From assembly GCA_016748015.1 (NCBI GenBank), contig JAAOMT010000301.1, forward strand, positions 248,001 to 312,000: 64,000 nucleotides of DNA, given 5' to 3'. The first letter of the stretch is position 1. Each line of letters begins with the position of its first letter. Below the pieces are notes generated by a model, which did not search any database, was not told the origin of the DNA, and saw only the letters and a program-made list of their open reading frames with translations. The stretch is from Geosiphon pyriformis uo1. Taxonomy: Eukaryota; Fungi; Glomeromycota. The position numbers were made by a program, and so were the translations under genes. This document shows, one piece after another, positions 52,301-64,000 of the stretch.

Positions 52301-55300
52301 TTCATAGATTGGAACTTTTGGTTTCTAAATTGGTAAAGACTTCACATTCTGTATTATCAAATGAGTTTGTTTCCCTTTTTGATGTTTGGGTCTTTTTGGA
52401 TTCCATTAATGCTTTTGCTGTCAAATCTCTTTTCCTTTTGGGATCTCATTTTAATACTATCAGGTCAGCTTTGGCAAAGATTAGAAAATATTATTGTTCA
52501 CTTAAGATGATAGAATTAAAATGTGTTCGGGATTCTCAAATTAAGCTGGCAATTGACAAAAGAATGGAAAACTTCAGGTTGAATAAAGACCAGACTATTA
52601 GGAGTGTACTTAAGAGACCATTTCGCAAAGTTACATTAGATTATTTGGTTATGAATGAGGACTTTATTTTGGAACTTGGTTTGGTTAAATTTCACATCGA
52701 TAGAATTATGGAGGGATGGACCAGAAAGCATATAGTAGTTGGTGACATTTTGGATAACTGAAGTCGCCAGTTTTAACCTTTGGAGTATGTCTTTGATGAT
52801 GCTTTTTTGAATATTATGCACCCAATTAAGGTGGATGAGTTTTTTGGTATGGTTCTGAATCTGTCTGATAATAAAGCTGCTGGCCTTTCTGGTATTTTAA
52901 ATGAGCTATGGAAACATTGTGATGGGTCTGTTCTGGATTTGCTTTTGGTCCTTTTAAACTCTTGTTTGGTTTGTGAGATTGTTCCAGGCTCTTAGAAAGA
53001 GGCCTGGGTGTCTATGATTCCTAAACCCTATGACTAGGAAGAAGTTCTTACGAATATCCAATCTATTGCATTGATTGAGACTGCCTGTAAAATTCTCTCC
53101 AAGATTCTCTCTGACAGAATCTCTTTGGTGTGTAGTAACTATGATGTTTTTCATGATGACAATTTTTCAGTTTTTAAAAGTATGACAACACAGTCTCCTA
53201 TTTTTGCTATTGGTTCAATGGTTAAGGATGCTTTGGAAAAGAATCGCAAACTTTGGTTGGTTTTACAAGACATGAGAAAAGCATATAATTCGGTTGGCTG
53301 AGAACATTTGAGAAGAAGTTTGGTCAAAATCAAAATGTGCAGTAGATTCATAAGATTTTTTGGGAATATTCACAATGGCCGCATGAACAGAGTGATGACT
53401 GATTTTGGGTTGACTGATGATTATAGTATTTGTGATGGCTTGGATCAAGGGGAAGTGTTTTTACCTTTTTTTTGGCAAATTTTTTATGACACTTTGCTGT
53501 GTGAAGTTAAGAGACAAGAGGCAATGTGTGGCTACAGACTGAACTCATATTATGTTGTCAAGACTGGTTGTGTGGATTCACAGAATGGCTTTACATCCTT
53601 TTTTGTTGCAGGTGCTTTTGTCGATGACACTATATAAGTTAGTTCTAGTCAGGCGACCACACAACACATTTTCAATATTGCCAGTGAATTTTTCAGGTTA
53701 AGTGATATATCAATTAACAATGACAAGACTGTAGCAATCCCAATTAATTAGAGTGGTGGCATTTTTTTTATCTATCAATAATGCTCCTATTTCCATTGCC
53801 AAAAAGAGGGTGTCTTACTATTATCTGGGTGTTTTTTCTCTTTTAATGGATTGTCTAAGTCCAGCCTGGCCAAAGCGCATTCTGATATTTGGTTTTTTGC
53901 CAATTTAGTACTGAAAAAAGTGATTTCAGACAAACAGTTTTCTTACTTGGTTTCAGCAATTCTTTATTTTATTATTGGTTACAGGATCCAGTTTAGCTTT
54001 GTTTCTGTTAGTGTGTACCAGAAGTGGGATGTTTTGATTTGAAAAGACCTGAAGTTGAAGTTGAGTCTTCCTCTGAATTTTCCTAATAATGTCTTACACC
54101 ACTTTTTATTTTATGGCTTGAAGACTTTTGAGCAAATTCAGGCCAAAGGCAAGGTTGCCACTGTGATATGCTTTGCTAACTCTGTTAGAATTTTGGGCTG
54201 GTTGTTCATGCATAGGTTGCATAACTTGCAGGTCTTGAGTTGGTATCTAGTACATATCTTGTGTTCTCCAGTTTGCATTAGTGTTAATTCTTTGAACAAC
54301 TTCTTGGCAGGTGTGGTTTGAGTCTTTCTTGACTCTGGTTTATCCTTGGGCAACCTTGTTTGTGATGTTTTTCACTTCTGGAATAGAACTCCTTTATCTA
54401 AGATCCTTGGCAAGTCAATATATTTCAGATGTCTCCCCTTCTTTTGTCATTATGGAATAGCTTTTGTTGAGCAGCTTTGATGCCAAAATGGTGCTGTCTT
54501 TGATTGAAAAACTTTCAAGCAGTGAAAGAGGCTTGACCTGCATGGTCCTGTTTCTGCCTGGTTTGCTGTTGCTGTTTACCATTTTTATGTTGCTGGTTTT
54601 TTTAATGTTGGCTTATTCCCTCTGGTTGCTACCTCTGTAAAAGACATTCTTAATTCTCATGAATTTAGATCAGTGCGTGATCAGTTGTCTGGCCTTGGTG
54701 CCTCCAATTTTTCTATGTACATGGATGGTTCTCTTTGTGGCTTGAGAAGCATAAATATGAAAGCTGGTGCTGCCATGTTCTTTGAGAACATTAACTTGGG
54801 TCTTAGGGTGGAGGTGTTTGGCATAGTTTTTTCCATATTAGCAAAGCTTCAGGCCATTGCATTGGCTCTTGAGTGTGTGCTTAGTTCAAGTTCAGTCCAT
54901 CTATTCTCTGACAGCCAAGCTGCACTGGATGCATGTAAATCTGAATTATTGTTGTTGGCTCTGGATTTTCAAAACAAATGTTGAGTTGAGCATCAGCACA
55001 TTGCTGGAATTATACATGACAAGAATTTGAACATTGGCTGGCATAAGGTCAAAAGTCACTCAGATGTTCCAAGTAATAATAGAGCTGACTTGCTTGCTGG
55101 TGTTTCTTCCCATTCAGGCCGGCTCTTTCATCCTCAGCTCAAGGAATGTTTTATCTTGGCTAATGACAATACTGTTTCTGGAAACTCTAGGCACTTTGTT
55201 TGTGATATTTTTTGGTCTATTCATCGTGTAAGCTGGGAGATTGGCTCTGGTGCCAAAATTGTAAATGGTTGTATTTTTCCAGATATTGATTGGTTTAAGT

Positions 55301-56131
55301 CATTTCTTGTTTGGCATCCTAACTCTTACATGGCTGCTGGCTTTACAAGTCGCCATTCAGCTGGCTCCCATTCTTATTTTATGAAGACTTTACATCATAG
55401 ATTACCTGTTGCTGTTTGAAAATGCCTTTATAATAGATGTTATTCCAGTGTGGTATGCCTATATTGTGGTGATGTCAAGTTGTCGGACCATGTTTTCTCT
55501 TGTACATTTGATGTGGCTGCTTGGTTCCAGTTGTTTATTGATTTTGCTTTCACTTAGAGAACTGTTTCTGGTCTGTTCCATGCCTCCTTTCATGTATTAC
55601 AAATGCTATCCAATTGTTTGGCTGATTTGGAGCTTGTTGTCTCACTGTATAAAGGTTTTGTGCTTGTGGATTGGTGCCAGAAGGCCACTTCTTGCTTTGA
55701 CAGCTCTAAGGTTGTATCTGGTAAGGTGGTTGAGTTTGTTCGTAGTTTGTGCCTGTTTTTTAAGAATGATATTTTGCTGGTTCATTCCAAGCATTGTGCT
55801 TATATGGAAAAACATAGTTTGATCTCTCGTGATAATTCAATTCCTGTCTCGGTGTTTGGTAGCATGTCAGTGTTTTTGGCCTGAATAGTTAGACTGCTTG
55901 GTATTGATGATGCATTTGGTGTTAGTTTTGGGTTGCGCAGCTTCTGCTGGTTTTTTTCAAATATAGGTAATTTGGTTTCTGTATATGTGAGTGTATAGTG
56001 TAGTCCTAATTGGTTTGAGTGGTTAGTCATGTATAAGAAAAGCATAATTCACACCTAATTTAAATCATTATTTTGATGTATTGTTACTAGACAGTGTTTG
56101 GATTTCACTCATTAAAATATTAAAAAAAAAA
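49380..56131 (+). mobile_element. Full-length degenerate LINE (ORF1 ~49460-51322; ORF2 51319-55998; 3' tail; poly(A))
   Basis: ORF1 RRM-like plus CATCGNFGHVSSGC. ORF2 APE (ATYNIR, ETKL, GGDFNE, IDFVF, TDH), RT (QDMRKAYNSV, QGEV, AFVDD), RNase H (MDGS, ELQA-like, SDSQ, KVKSHS..N.RAD) and C-terminal CLYC..DHVFSC. Many premature stops. Confidence 0.93.
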
Positions 56132-56979
56132 ATTTTGTTTTTAGCTAAATTAAAATTCAATTTTTACATTAATAAGCAAATCTAACATTTTTTAAAAGCC
56201 AAAAAACCCAAAATTTGCAAAATTAATTTTTCAAAAAAATTTTAATAATATATTAGTTATTATTTATTATATAATTTTATATTAACAATTGTAATAATTT
56301 ATTAAAAAATAAAAAAAATTTATAATTATAAATATTAATTGTTATTTCAAAAAAAATTATATTATTTATTTAAAAAAAATAGCAAATAATCTTTTTAAAA
56401 GAACTATTATATTATTATATTATATTCTTAAAAATATAATTCAAATTCTATTATAAAGTTTAGAAATTAACAATTATTTTAAAAAAATTCAAAAAATAAA
56501 ACTTATTTAAAAAATACAAAATATACTTAAGTTTTAATTTTTTATATTACTATTAAGACAATTATTACTACTATTACAATTGAAAAAATAATTAATTATA
56601 AAAAACCAATTATTAAATAAAACTTAAGAAAATCTAAGTTTAAATTCGGTTTTTATTCAAACTTTAAAATTAATTGTTTTAAATTTTATTGTTTTAAATT
56701 TTATTATTTTATTATTAAAAAATTCAATTTTAGTTGTATTATTATTTATATTAATATATATATATAATTAATTAAATATTAAAATTAAAAAGACAATATA
56801 ATACCAAAAATTTTAAAAATACTTGTAAAATTTCAGAAATATCAGAAATACTTAAAATTTTAAAAATACCAAAAAAATTTTAGAAATTTCAAAAATGTTG
56901 AAAATATTAAAAATAATTCAAAAATAATTAAAAATATTAATTTATATTATAAAAGTTATATATATATAATAGGATAATA

Positions 56980-59900
56980 AAAAAAACTTCTTTCTCTCCT
57001 TTGTCCAAAATTCCCAAAAAAGAGTCAAAAGTTTTTTTGAAAGAAGTTTTTTACCATTCAGTACGATAAATCAAAACCATTTTTCAATTACGAGGCTACT
57101 GTTGGCTCTGTTATTGCTGTTATGAAAAAAACTGCTAAAGTTTCTGGTTCTGAGAATGGTTTTAAAGCGGTTGCATCAAAGAAAAAGAGGAAGGGAGATG
57201 TGTTGGCAGAGGGTGTTGATAATAGAAGGGTTGCTGCTGAAGTTCCTGGTGTTTATTCATGGGGTTTAGAGACTGGGGACACTACTGAATCTGAAAGTGT
57301 TGATATGGAAGAGGAGTGTCTGGTGGAGGAAACCAGCTTTGATTATGGTGAAGGTGGAGCTCTGACTGGTGGAGATTATGTTCAGACACCCACAAGTTCG
57401 AAGGTTAAAACCAAAAAGGCGTTGGGCAAGCCATTGGGAAAAATTGACTTCTCAAAAGATGGTAGTGATAATGGTGTTCTCTCGGATGCTCCTCTTGAGC
57501 TCCCTCTTTCTGTGAGAAATTTGGTCAATGTTTCAGTCAGGAAATCATTCGCATTGGATATTGGCTTGGATAAAGTGGCTGGCAAATCTTCTCAGGAAAA
57601 ACTTGTGATGGTGAGGAAGTTGTTTTCTGGAATCAATGGTTTTGGGGAGGCATCTACCCCCTCAAAATTCTCAGGAATCATCAGGACGACATTCACTTCC
57701 GAATTGAGTCTAATGAAAGCTACTAATAAAGCTGCAAATGCGAAGATCTTAGTAAACGCCAATCTCAAAAAAGCATCTGGGTGATCAGATCGGACTGTGA
57801 TCATGAAAGAAATTCCAGTTGGAACATTGTCTGAAGCTGTGCGTGCTGTGCTATCTGAGTTTGAAGTTATTAGGATGATCAAGATGCAGTTAATCGGGCT
57901 GTGGCAGAAGGCGGTGGTGGAATTCGAACGATCGGATCAGGCTGATTTGGCTGTAGCTGAGTGGTCCATCTTAATCGGGAAAAATGCTGTATGTGTGGCT
58001 AAGGCTAATTCAGACAAGGAAGTGTGGGATGTTAGGAACCAACATAGGGCGCTGCTCTATACATTGCCGATGGGAACCAATGCTCATGATATCTGAGACT
58101 TTGTTAGATCTGTAGGTGGGAAAATGTGTGTCATTGATTGTTATTCTGTTATGTATGCTCGGGCCAGGTGTGCTGTTGTTTGTTTCGACTCTGCTGAATC
58201 ATTGGATGCTGCTGTGAGAACCACGCCAGTACTCAGGAACACCAATCTCCGCTGGTCTTGCCTCATTTCTGCTAAATGCACCAAGTGTGAGAAATTGGGT
58301 CACACGTCATTGGATTGTGCAGTTGGTGGGAAATTGTCTTCTAGTAGTTCACTGCATAGGGTTTTCTCAGATACAGATAAAAGCAGGCTGGTAACCATCT
58401 ATGCCAAATGCTCGGCTCCGGTTGCCCGTCCAGTCTCTTTTGGTGGTCTCTCTTGGGCAAAGGTTGCTTGCGGGTCTTTTTTGTTCCCCCTCTCTGGTCA
58501 GAATCTTGTGGTAACAAATGGCTCCTCTTCAGAGATGAAGCCGTCCCAACTGGTTATGATGGAAGTCAACGATAGGTTCGCTGCTCTTGAGCGCAGTCTC
58601 GCCAGCCTCGCAGAGCAAGTTGGTAAGCTGGCTAAGAGGTTGAATGCACTCGGGCCAACAGTTTCCCAGCCTAGCCTTGGATGTCAGCCATTGGTGACCC
58701 CTTCATCACAGGATCAAGGGGCAGATGTAGTGATAAGTGAGGATTTGAGTGTGTCCACTAGTGGTGGGAATGTTGCGGGAGTGGTGTCTTTTGATATGTC
58801 TTTGGTGTCTAAGCTGGAAGACAGCATGAAGTGTTTAATGGAAACGGTTCTGGGCCTTTCGGCCAAAGTGGACAGTTTAGGTGCACTTTCGGTATCTCTA
58901 CCTCTTACTCAATGAGCAGTTTAGTTTGGAAAGTTGCTACGTGCAATGTCAGGGGCATGAACAATCCCGTTAAGCAAGAAGACATTATTAGGTGACATAA
59001 AGAAATGAACAATTTAGTCTCTATCATTACTGAAACGAAATTAAAGAGTAGGGTTCGTCCGTAGATTGCAGACAAGTTTGATGGTATCCAAGTGTTTTTT
59101 TCTGGTTTGGACTCTGGTCACTTGGGTGCGAGTATTGCTGTTATCATGAACATTTCTTTGGCTTGTCATGTGTGCAAGGTTTTTGAGGTGCCTGGTCGGC
59201 TTCTTTCCATTAAATTACTTTTTAAGGGTAAACTTTCTGTGTTAATTTTGGGGCTTTATGCTGGTGCTTCTTCGGTGGTTTGGTTTTCTTAAGCTGGTGA
59301 AATCAATTCTCTTATTGCAAAGACTGTTAACAAATCTTCTTTCATCATTCTCGGTGGCAATTTTAATGAAGACGGCTCTCATAAAAGTGCAAGTTTCAAA
59401 AGATGCTTTGATTTGGGTCTGGTCAATTCTTTAGTTGATAGCCTGGCTGCAAAAATGCCCACTTGGGAAAATTCTAGGGGTGTTAAGAAAACAATTGATT
59501 ATGTGTTTGTCTCTTCAAGTCTTGTCAATGCGATAGTGCGTCGTGAAGTTTTGAATGTCAGTGAGCATTTTGACATGGACTATCAAGCTGTTTCAGTGGA
59601 TTTGGGTCTGAGCGGACTCTTGGATATGCGTTTGAATTCTCTTCACAAGCAAGCGAATAAAGATCATTGGAAGTTTGACGTCAAAAGTGCCAATGAAGCT
59701 AAATGGTTGGAGTTCAGGGATGCCTCAGTTGCTAATGTCTCTATGTTCTCGGATGCTTTCAGTGTGGCAGTAAAATTTTCAGATATGGACGCTATGTGGG
59801 ACATTGTTCGCAAGATTATGGTTCTTTCAGTGGGTAGTACATTTAAGAAAAATTGGTCAAAGGTTTTAATGGCATGTTCACCAAGACTTCTTCTAGGTTT

Positions 59901-62900
59901 CACAAGCTGGAGCTGCTGGTTTCTAAGTTGGTCAAAGCTTCGCGTTTGGCTTCTAGTAATGGTTTTGCTTCTTTGTTGGAGGTGTAGCACAAACTCGACT
60001 CCTCTGGTGCATCAGTGGTTAAGTCTCTGTTTCTTTCAGGTTCTAATTTTGATCTTATTCATTCTGTGCTGGCCAAAGCAAGAAAATCATACTGCTCCTT
60101 CAAATTAGTGGAATCCAAGTGCGCTGAGGAATTCTCGATCAAGCAAGCTATTGGTAAGAGAATGGAGAGTTTTGAGCTGAACAAGGGTCACACCATTAGG
60201 AGTGTTTTGGAGTGTCCTTTTCGCATGGTGGTCCTGGATCATTTGGTTGTAGAAGATGAGTTGATTTTAGAGCCTGATTTGGTTAAGTCTAAGATGAACA
60301 AAATTATGGAGGGATGGACCAGAAAATGTGAGGTGGTGTCTGACTTATCTGAGGATTGGGCTTGTCAATATTAGCCTCTGGATTACGTATTCGATGGTGC
60401 TTTCTCTGATGTCATGTGTTCGATTAGTTTTGATGAGTTGTCAGCTGTTGTTAAGGATTTTCCTAATAGAAAAGTGGCTGGTCTTTCTGGTATTTCCAAT
60501 GAATTATAGAAACATTGTGACAAATCTGTTTTGGATATGCTTTTGGTGCTCTTAAATTTCTGTTTGGTTGGCAAGTCGGTCCCTGGGCTTTGGAGAGAAG
60601 CTTGGGTTTCGATGATTCCTAAACTATATGAATGGGAGGGAGTTCTCATGAACACCCATCCTATAGCTTTAATTGAAACGGCCTGCAAGATTCTCTCCAA
60701 GATCCTTTCGGATAGGATCTCTCTGGCTTGCAGCACTTTTGATGTTCTTTGTGAGGACAATTTTTTGGTTTTGAAAGGTACGACAACTCAATCTCCCATT
60801 TTTGCTATCAGTTCTGTGGTTGAGGATGCCTTGGAAAAGAACCGTGAACTTTGGCTGGTTTTACAGGACATGCGCAAGGCTTATGACTCAGTTGGTTGGG
60901 AACATCTTAGGAGAAGTCTAATCAGGATCAAAATGTGTGACAGGTTTATTAAATTTTTTGGCAGTATTCACAATGGTCGCGTCAACAAAGTGATGACCGA
61001 CTTTGGCTTGACTGATGGGTATTGTGTCCACAATAGACTGGATCAAGGGGAAGTTTTCTTGCCTCTTCTCTGGCGTATTTTTTATGATTCACTTTTGTGT
61101 GAGGTCAAGAGACAGGATAGTGTGTATGGCTACAGGTTGAATTCTTATTTCATATCAAGAACTGGCCAGGTGGATTCTCAAGCTGGGCTGTCTTCGTTTC
61201 TTACTGCCGGCACTTTTGTCGATGATATCTGGGTTGGTAGCAGTCAGGCTGCTACACAACGCATCCTGGATGTTGTTAGTGAGTTTTTTAGGTTTAACAA
61301 TATTTTTGTAAACAATGACAAAACGGTGGCCATCCCCATCAATTGCTGGGTGCTGGATCCTTATTTGACTATCAGTGGTGCACCTATTTCCATTGCCAAG
61401 AGAGGGGAATCTCATCGCTATTTGGGTATTTTTTTGTCTTCTGAGAGTCTTTCGAAGCCCAGCTTGGCTAAGGCCCAGGCTGATGTACGGTTTTTTGTGA
61501 ATCTTGTTTTAAGAAAGGCAATTTTGAACAAACAGTGTGCATATTTGGTGTCTGCAGTTCTTTTCCCTATCATTAACTACAGAACTCAGTTCAGTTTCGT
61601 TTCTGTTGGTGTTTGTAGTAAATGGGATACTCTGGTTCACAAAGTCTTAAAGTCCAAGTCTGGGTTGCCACATAATTTCCCCAGTGACACACTTCATCAC
61701 CCCTCTTTGTACAATTTAAAAACTTTCGAACAGATACAGGCTGAGAGTAAATCGGCCTCTGTTGTTGCTTTTGCGAATTCTACTAGTGTCTTGGGTCGCT
61801 TGTTTTCTCATAGGTCTCATGACCTCCAGGTTCTCAGCTGGTGTTCTCGTCATCCTTTACTGTTTTCGGTTCGTGTTGGTATCAGTCTCTCAGATAATTT
61901 TTTGGCAAATGTGGTTCGCATTTTTTCTGGGTGTGATTTGTCTTTAGGAGGCCCTCTGGATTGTGCTTTTCATCGTCGGTATGGTACTCCTATGTCTTTG
62001 GTTCTTGGTGAATCCTGTTTTTTCAAGTGCATCTCTTCGCTCAGGCATTATGGAATTGCTTTCGTAGAACAGCTTTGTGACCGTAATGGTGATGTTTTCA
62101 GTTAGGGTACCTTCAAGCGCTGGAAAAGGCTAGACCCTCGTGGCCCAGTCCCTTTCTGGTTTGATCTTTCCATTTACTTTCTTGGTGGTGTTGTTCCTCT
62201 CTTCTTAAGTTCTTCTTTGGTAGATGGTTAAGCTGTGTCTGATATTCGTCTTTCTCATAATTTTGGTGTGATTCGTGACAATTTACCAACCATTGATGCT
62301 GCCCGCCTTTCTGTGTATACAGATGGGTCTCTTTCTGGTCTGGACACTGCTGACATGAGAGCAGGTGCTGCCGCTTTTTTTGAGAACATTAACTTGGGTT
62401 TGGGTGTTGGGGTGTCTGGTTTGGTTTCTTCTATTCTGACAGAACTGCAGGCCATAGCTTTGGCCCTTGAGTGTGTTCCTTTTTCTCGTTCGATTGACTT
62501 GTTCTTGGATAGCCAGGCTGCTTTAGATGCATGTAGGTCGGAGTCTTCGCTAGTTTGTCTGGATTTCAGGAACCGCTGTTGGATCGAGCGTCATCACATT
62601 GTCACCATCATTCATCAAAAGAATTTGGATGTGAATTGGGTTAAGGTGAAAGGTCATTCAGGTGTCTCAGGCAATGAGCATGCTGATGCGCTTGCCAAGG
62701 GTACTGCTCTCTCTGCTTGGCGCCTACCTCATTTAGTCAGTGAACGTTTTCTATGTGCTGGTGGCATGGCGGTTTCTGGTAATTCTAGACACTTTGTTCG
62801 TGATGTTTTTCGGTCATTTTACCGAGCTCGTTGGGAGATTGGAGTGGGTTCTCGTGTTGTGGATGATAGTTTGCATGCTGATATCAATTGGTCTATGTCT

Positions 62901-63729
62901 TCTATGGTGTGGCACCCCGATTCTCACTTGGCATCTGGTTTTACCAGCATGCGCACGGCAGGATGTCATACTTACTTTATAAAGGCTTTCCATCATCAGC
63001 TTCCTGTTGCTGTGCACAAGCGTTTATATGACAAGAGTTACCCCAGTGTGGTCTGTCTGTTTTGTGATGATGTTGAGACCTCGGATCATGTCTTTTTGTG
63101 TCCTTAGGATGCTGTTGGCCATGCTCGTTTGTTGGGCGCACATGCTTTAACTTGGGAGGCTCTTTCTGGCCTTTCTCGCTCTTCTTCATGTGTCTTACAG
63201 GCCTTAGCTTTTTGTGTTTCTGAGGTTGGAGTTAGTGTTGCTCTGTGTAAGGGTTTTGTTTTCGATGAATGGTTTCGTGAGTCTATCTCGGTCTTTAAAG
63301 ATTCTAGGGAGGGTGCTAAGAGGATTGTGAGCTTTGTGCGTGAGTTTTATTTAGCATTTTGGGATGATGTTTGGTTGGTCCGGGCCAGACACCGAGCGTT
63401 TATGGAGAGACATGGTTTGATTCCACGTGATGGCTCCACTCCTGCTTCGGTTTCTGGTTTGCCTAAGGTGTTTTCGGCTGGTGTGGTCAGATTGCTGGAG
63501 GTGGCTGAGGCATTTGGTGTTGGTTTTGGGTTTCGTAAGTTTTGTCCATTTTTTTCAGGTATTGGAGATTTGGTTTCTGTACATATAAGTGTATAGTGTA
63601 GTCTTGACTGGCCCGAGTGGCTGGTCACATGTAGAAAGCACATGATTTGCACCTAGTTTAGATCATTTGTATGATGTATAGCACTAGGTTGCATTTGGAC
63701 CTCACTCGTTAAAATATAAAAAAAAAAAA
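56980..63729 (+). mobile_element. Youngest LINE copy (ORF1 57122-58915; ORF2 58912-63596; 3' tail 63597-63710; poly(A))
   Basis: Same domain order: CTKCEKLGHTSLDC knuckle, APE, RT FVDD, RNase H YTDGS..TELQAI..DSQAA..KVKGHSG..GNEHAD, CLFCDDVETSDHVFLC. About nine premature stops and a frameshift near 59855, so non-functional. Confidence 0.95.
63597..63710 (+). promoter_or_regulatory. Conserved structured 3' tail shared by LINEs and ORF1-only elements
   Basis: Seven recognisable copies (~7580+, ~7790-, ~16140-, ~18760+, ~22000+, ~56000+, 63600+) with internal complementary segments. Confidence 0.7.
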
Positions 63730-63738
63730 TATAATAGT

Positions 63739-63772
<34 letters not shown>

Positions 63773-64000
63773 TTTAATATTTAACAATTAAAACAATTAG
63801 CTTAATTAAAATTTTAATTACTTAATAGCTTATAACTTTAATTACAAATTTATTATCTAAAAATAAATTTTTTAATTAAAAAATAAGTATTAAAATTATA
63901 ATATCTAATATTTTTTGGTAATAAATATAAATATAAAATTAACTTATTAATAATTAAATATTTATTAAAAAGATAAAAAACATTAAAATAAATTAATTTA

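Noticed and set aside
63597-63710. 3' tail as a hammerhead ribozyme
   Set aside because: The CUGANGA core is absent; only a GAAA-containing loop is present

Overview
Eukaryotic, very AT-rich fungal genomic window, inferred to be an early-diverging fungus (Mucoromycota/Glomeromycotina-like) from short GT-AG introns, a Zn2Cys6 factor, a BTB gene and the repeat types. It has three compartments. (1) 1-22.9 kb is a CpG-depleted nest of decayed transposons: a Ty3/Gypsy element carrying a dUTPase, an old LINE interrupted by a solo LTR and a deleted hAT element, truncated LINE 3' ends, and three copies of an ORF1-only retroelement. (2) About 23.0-43.9 kb is a CpG-intact gene island: FBP1, an HMT1/ABCB6-type half ABC transporter, a TPR protein, a HINT3/4-type HIT protein, a Zn2Cys6 factor and a BTB/POZ protein. 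(3) 43.9-64 kb is an extreme AT desert followed by two near full-length but stop-interrupted LINEs (ORF1 RRM+CCHC; ORF2 APE-RT-RNase H-CCHC). The most interesting signal is a two-tier retroelement system: autonomous-type LINEs and HAL1-like ORF1-only elements share one ~120-nt, potentially pseudoknotted 3' tail that occurs 7 times. All repeats also show graded C>T/G>A hypermutation, including at non-CpG sites. All coordinates, splice sites and alignments were read by eye.
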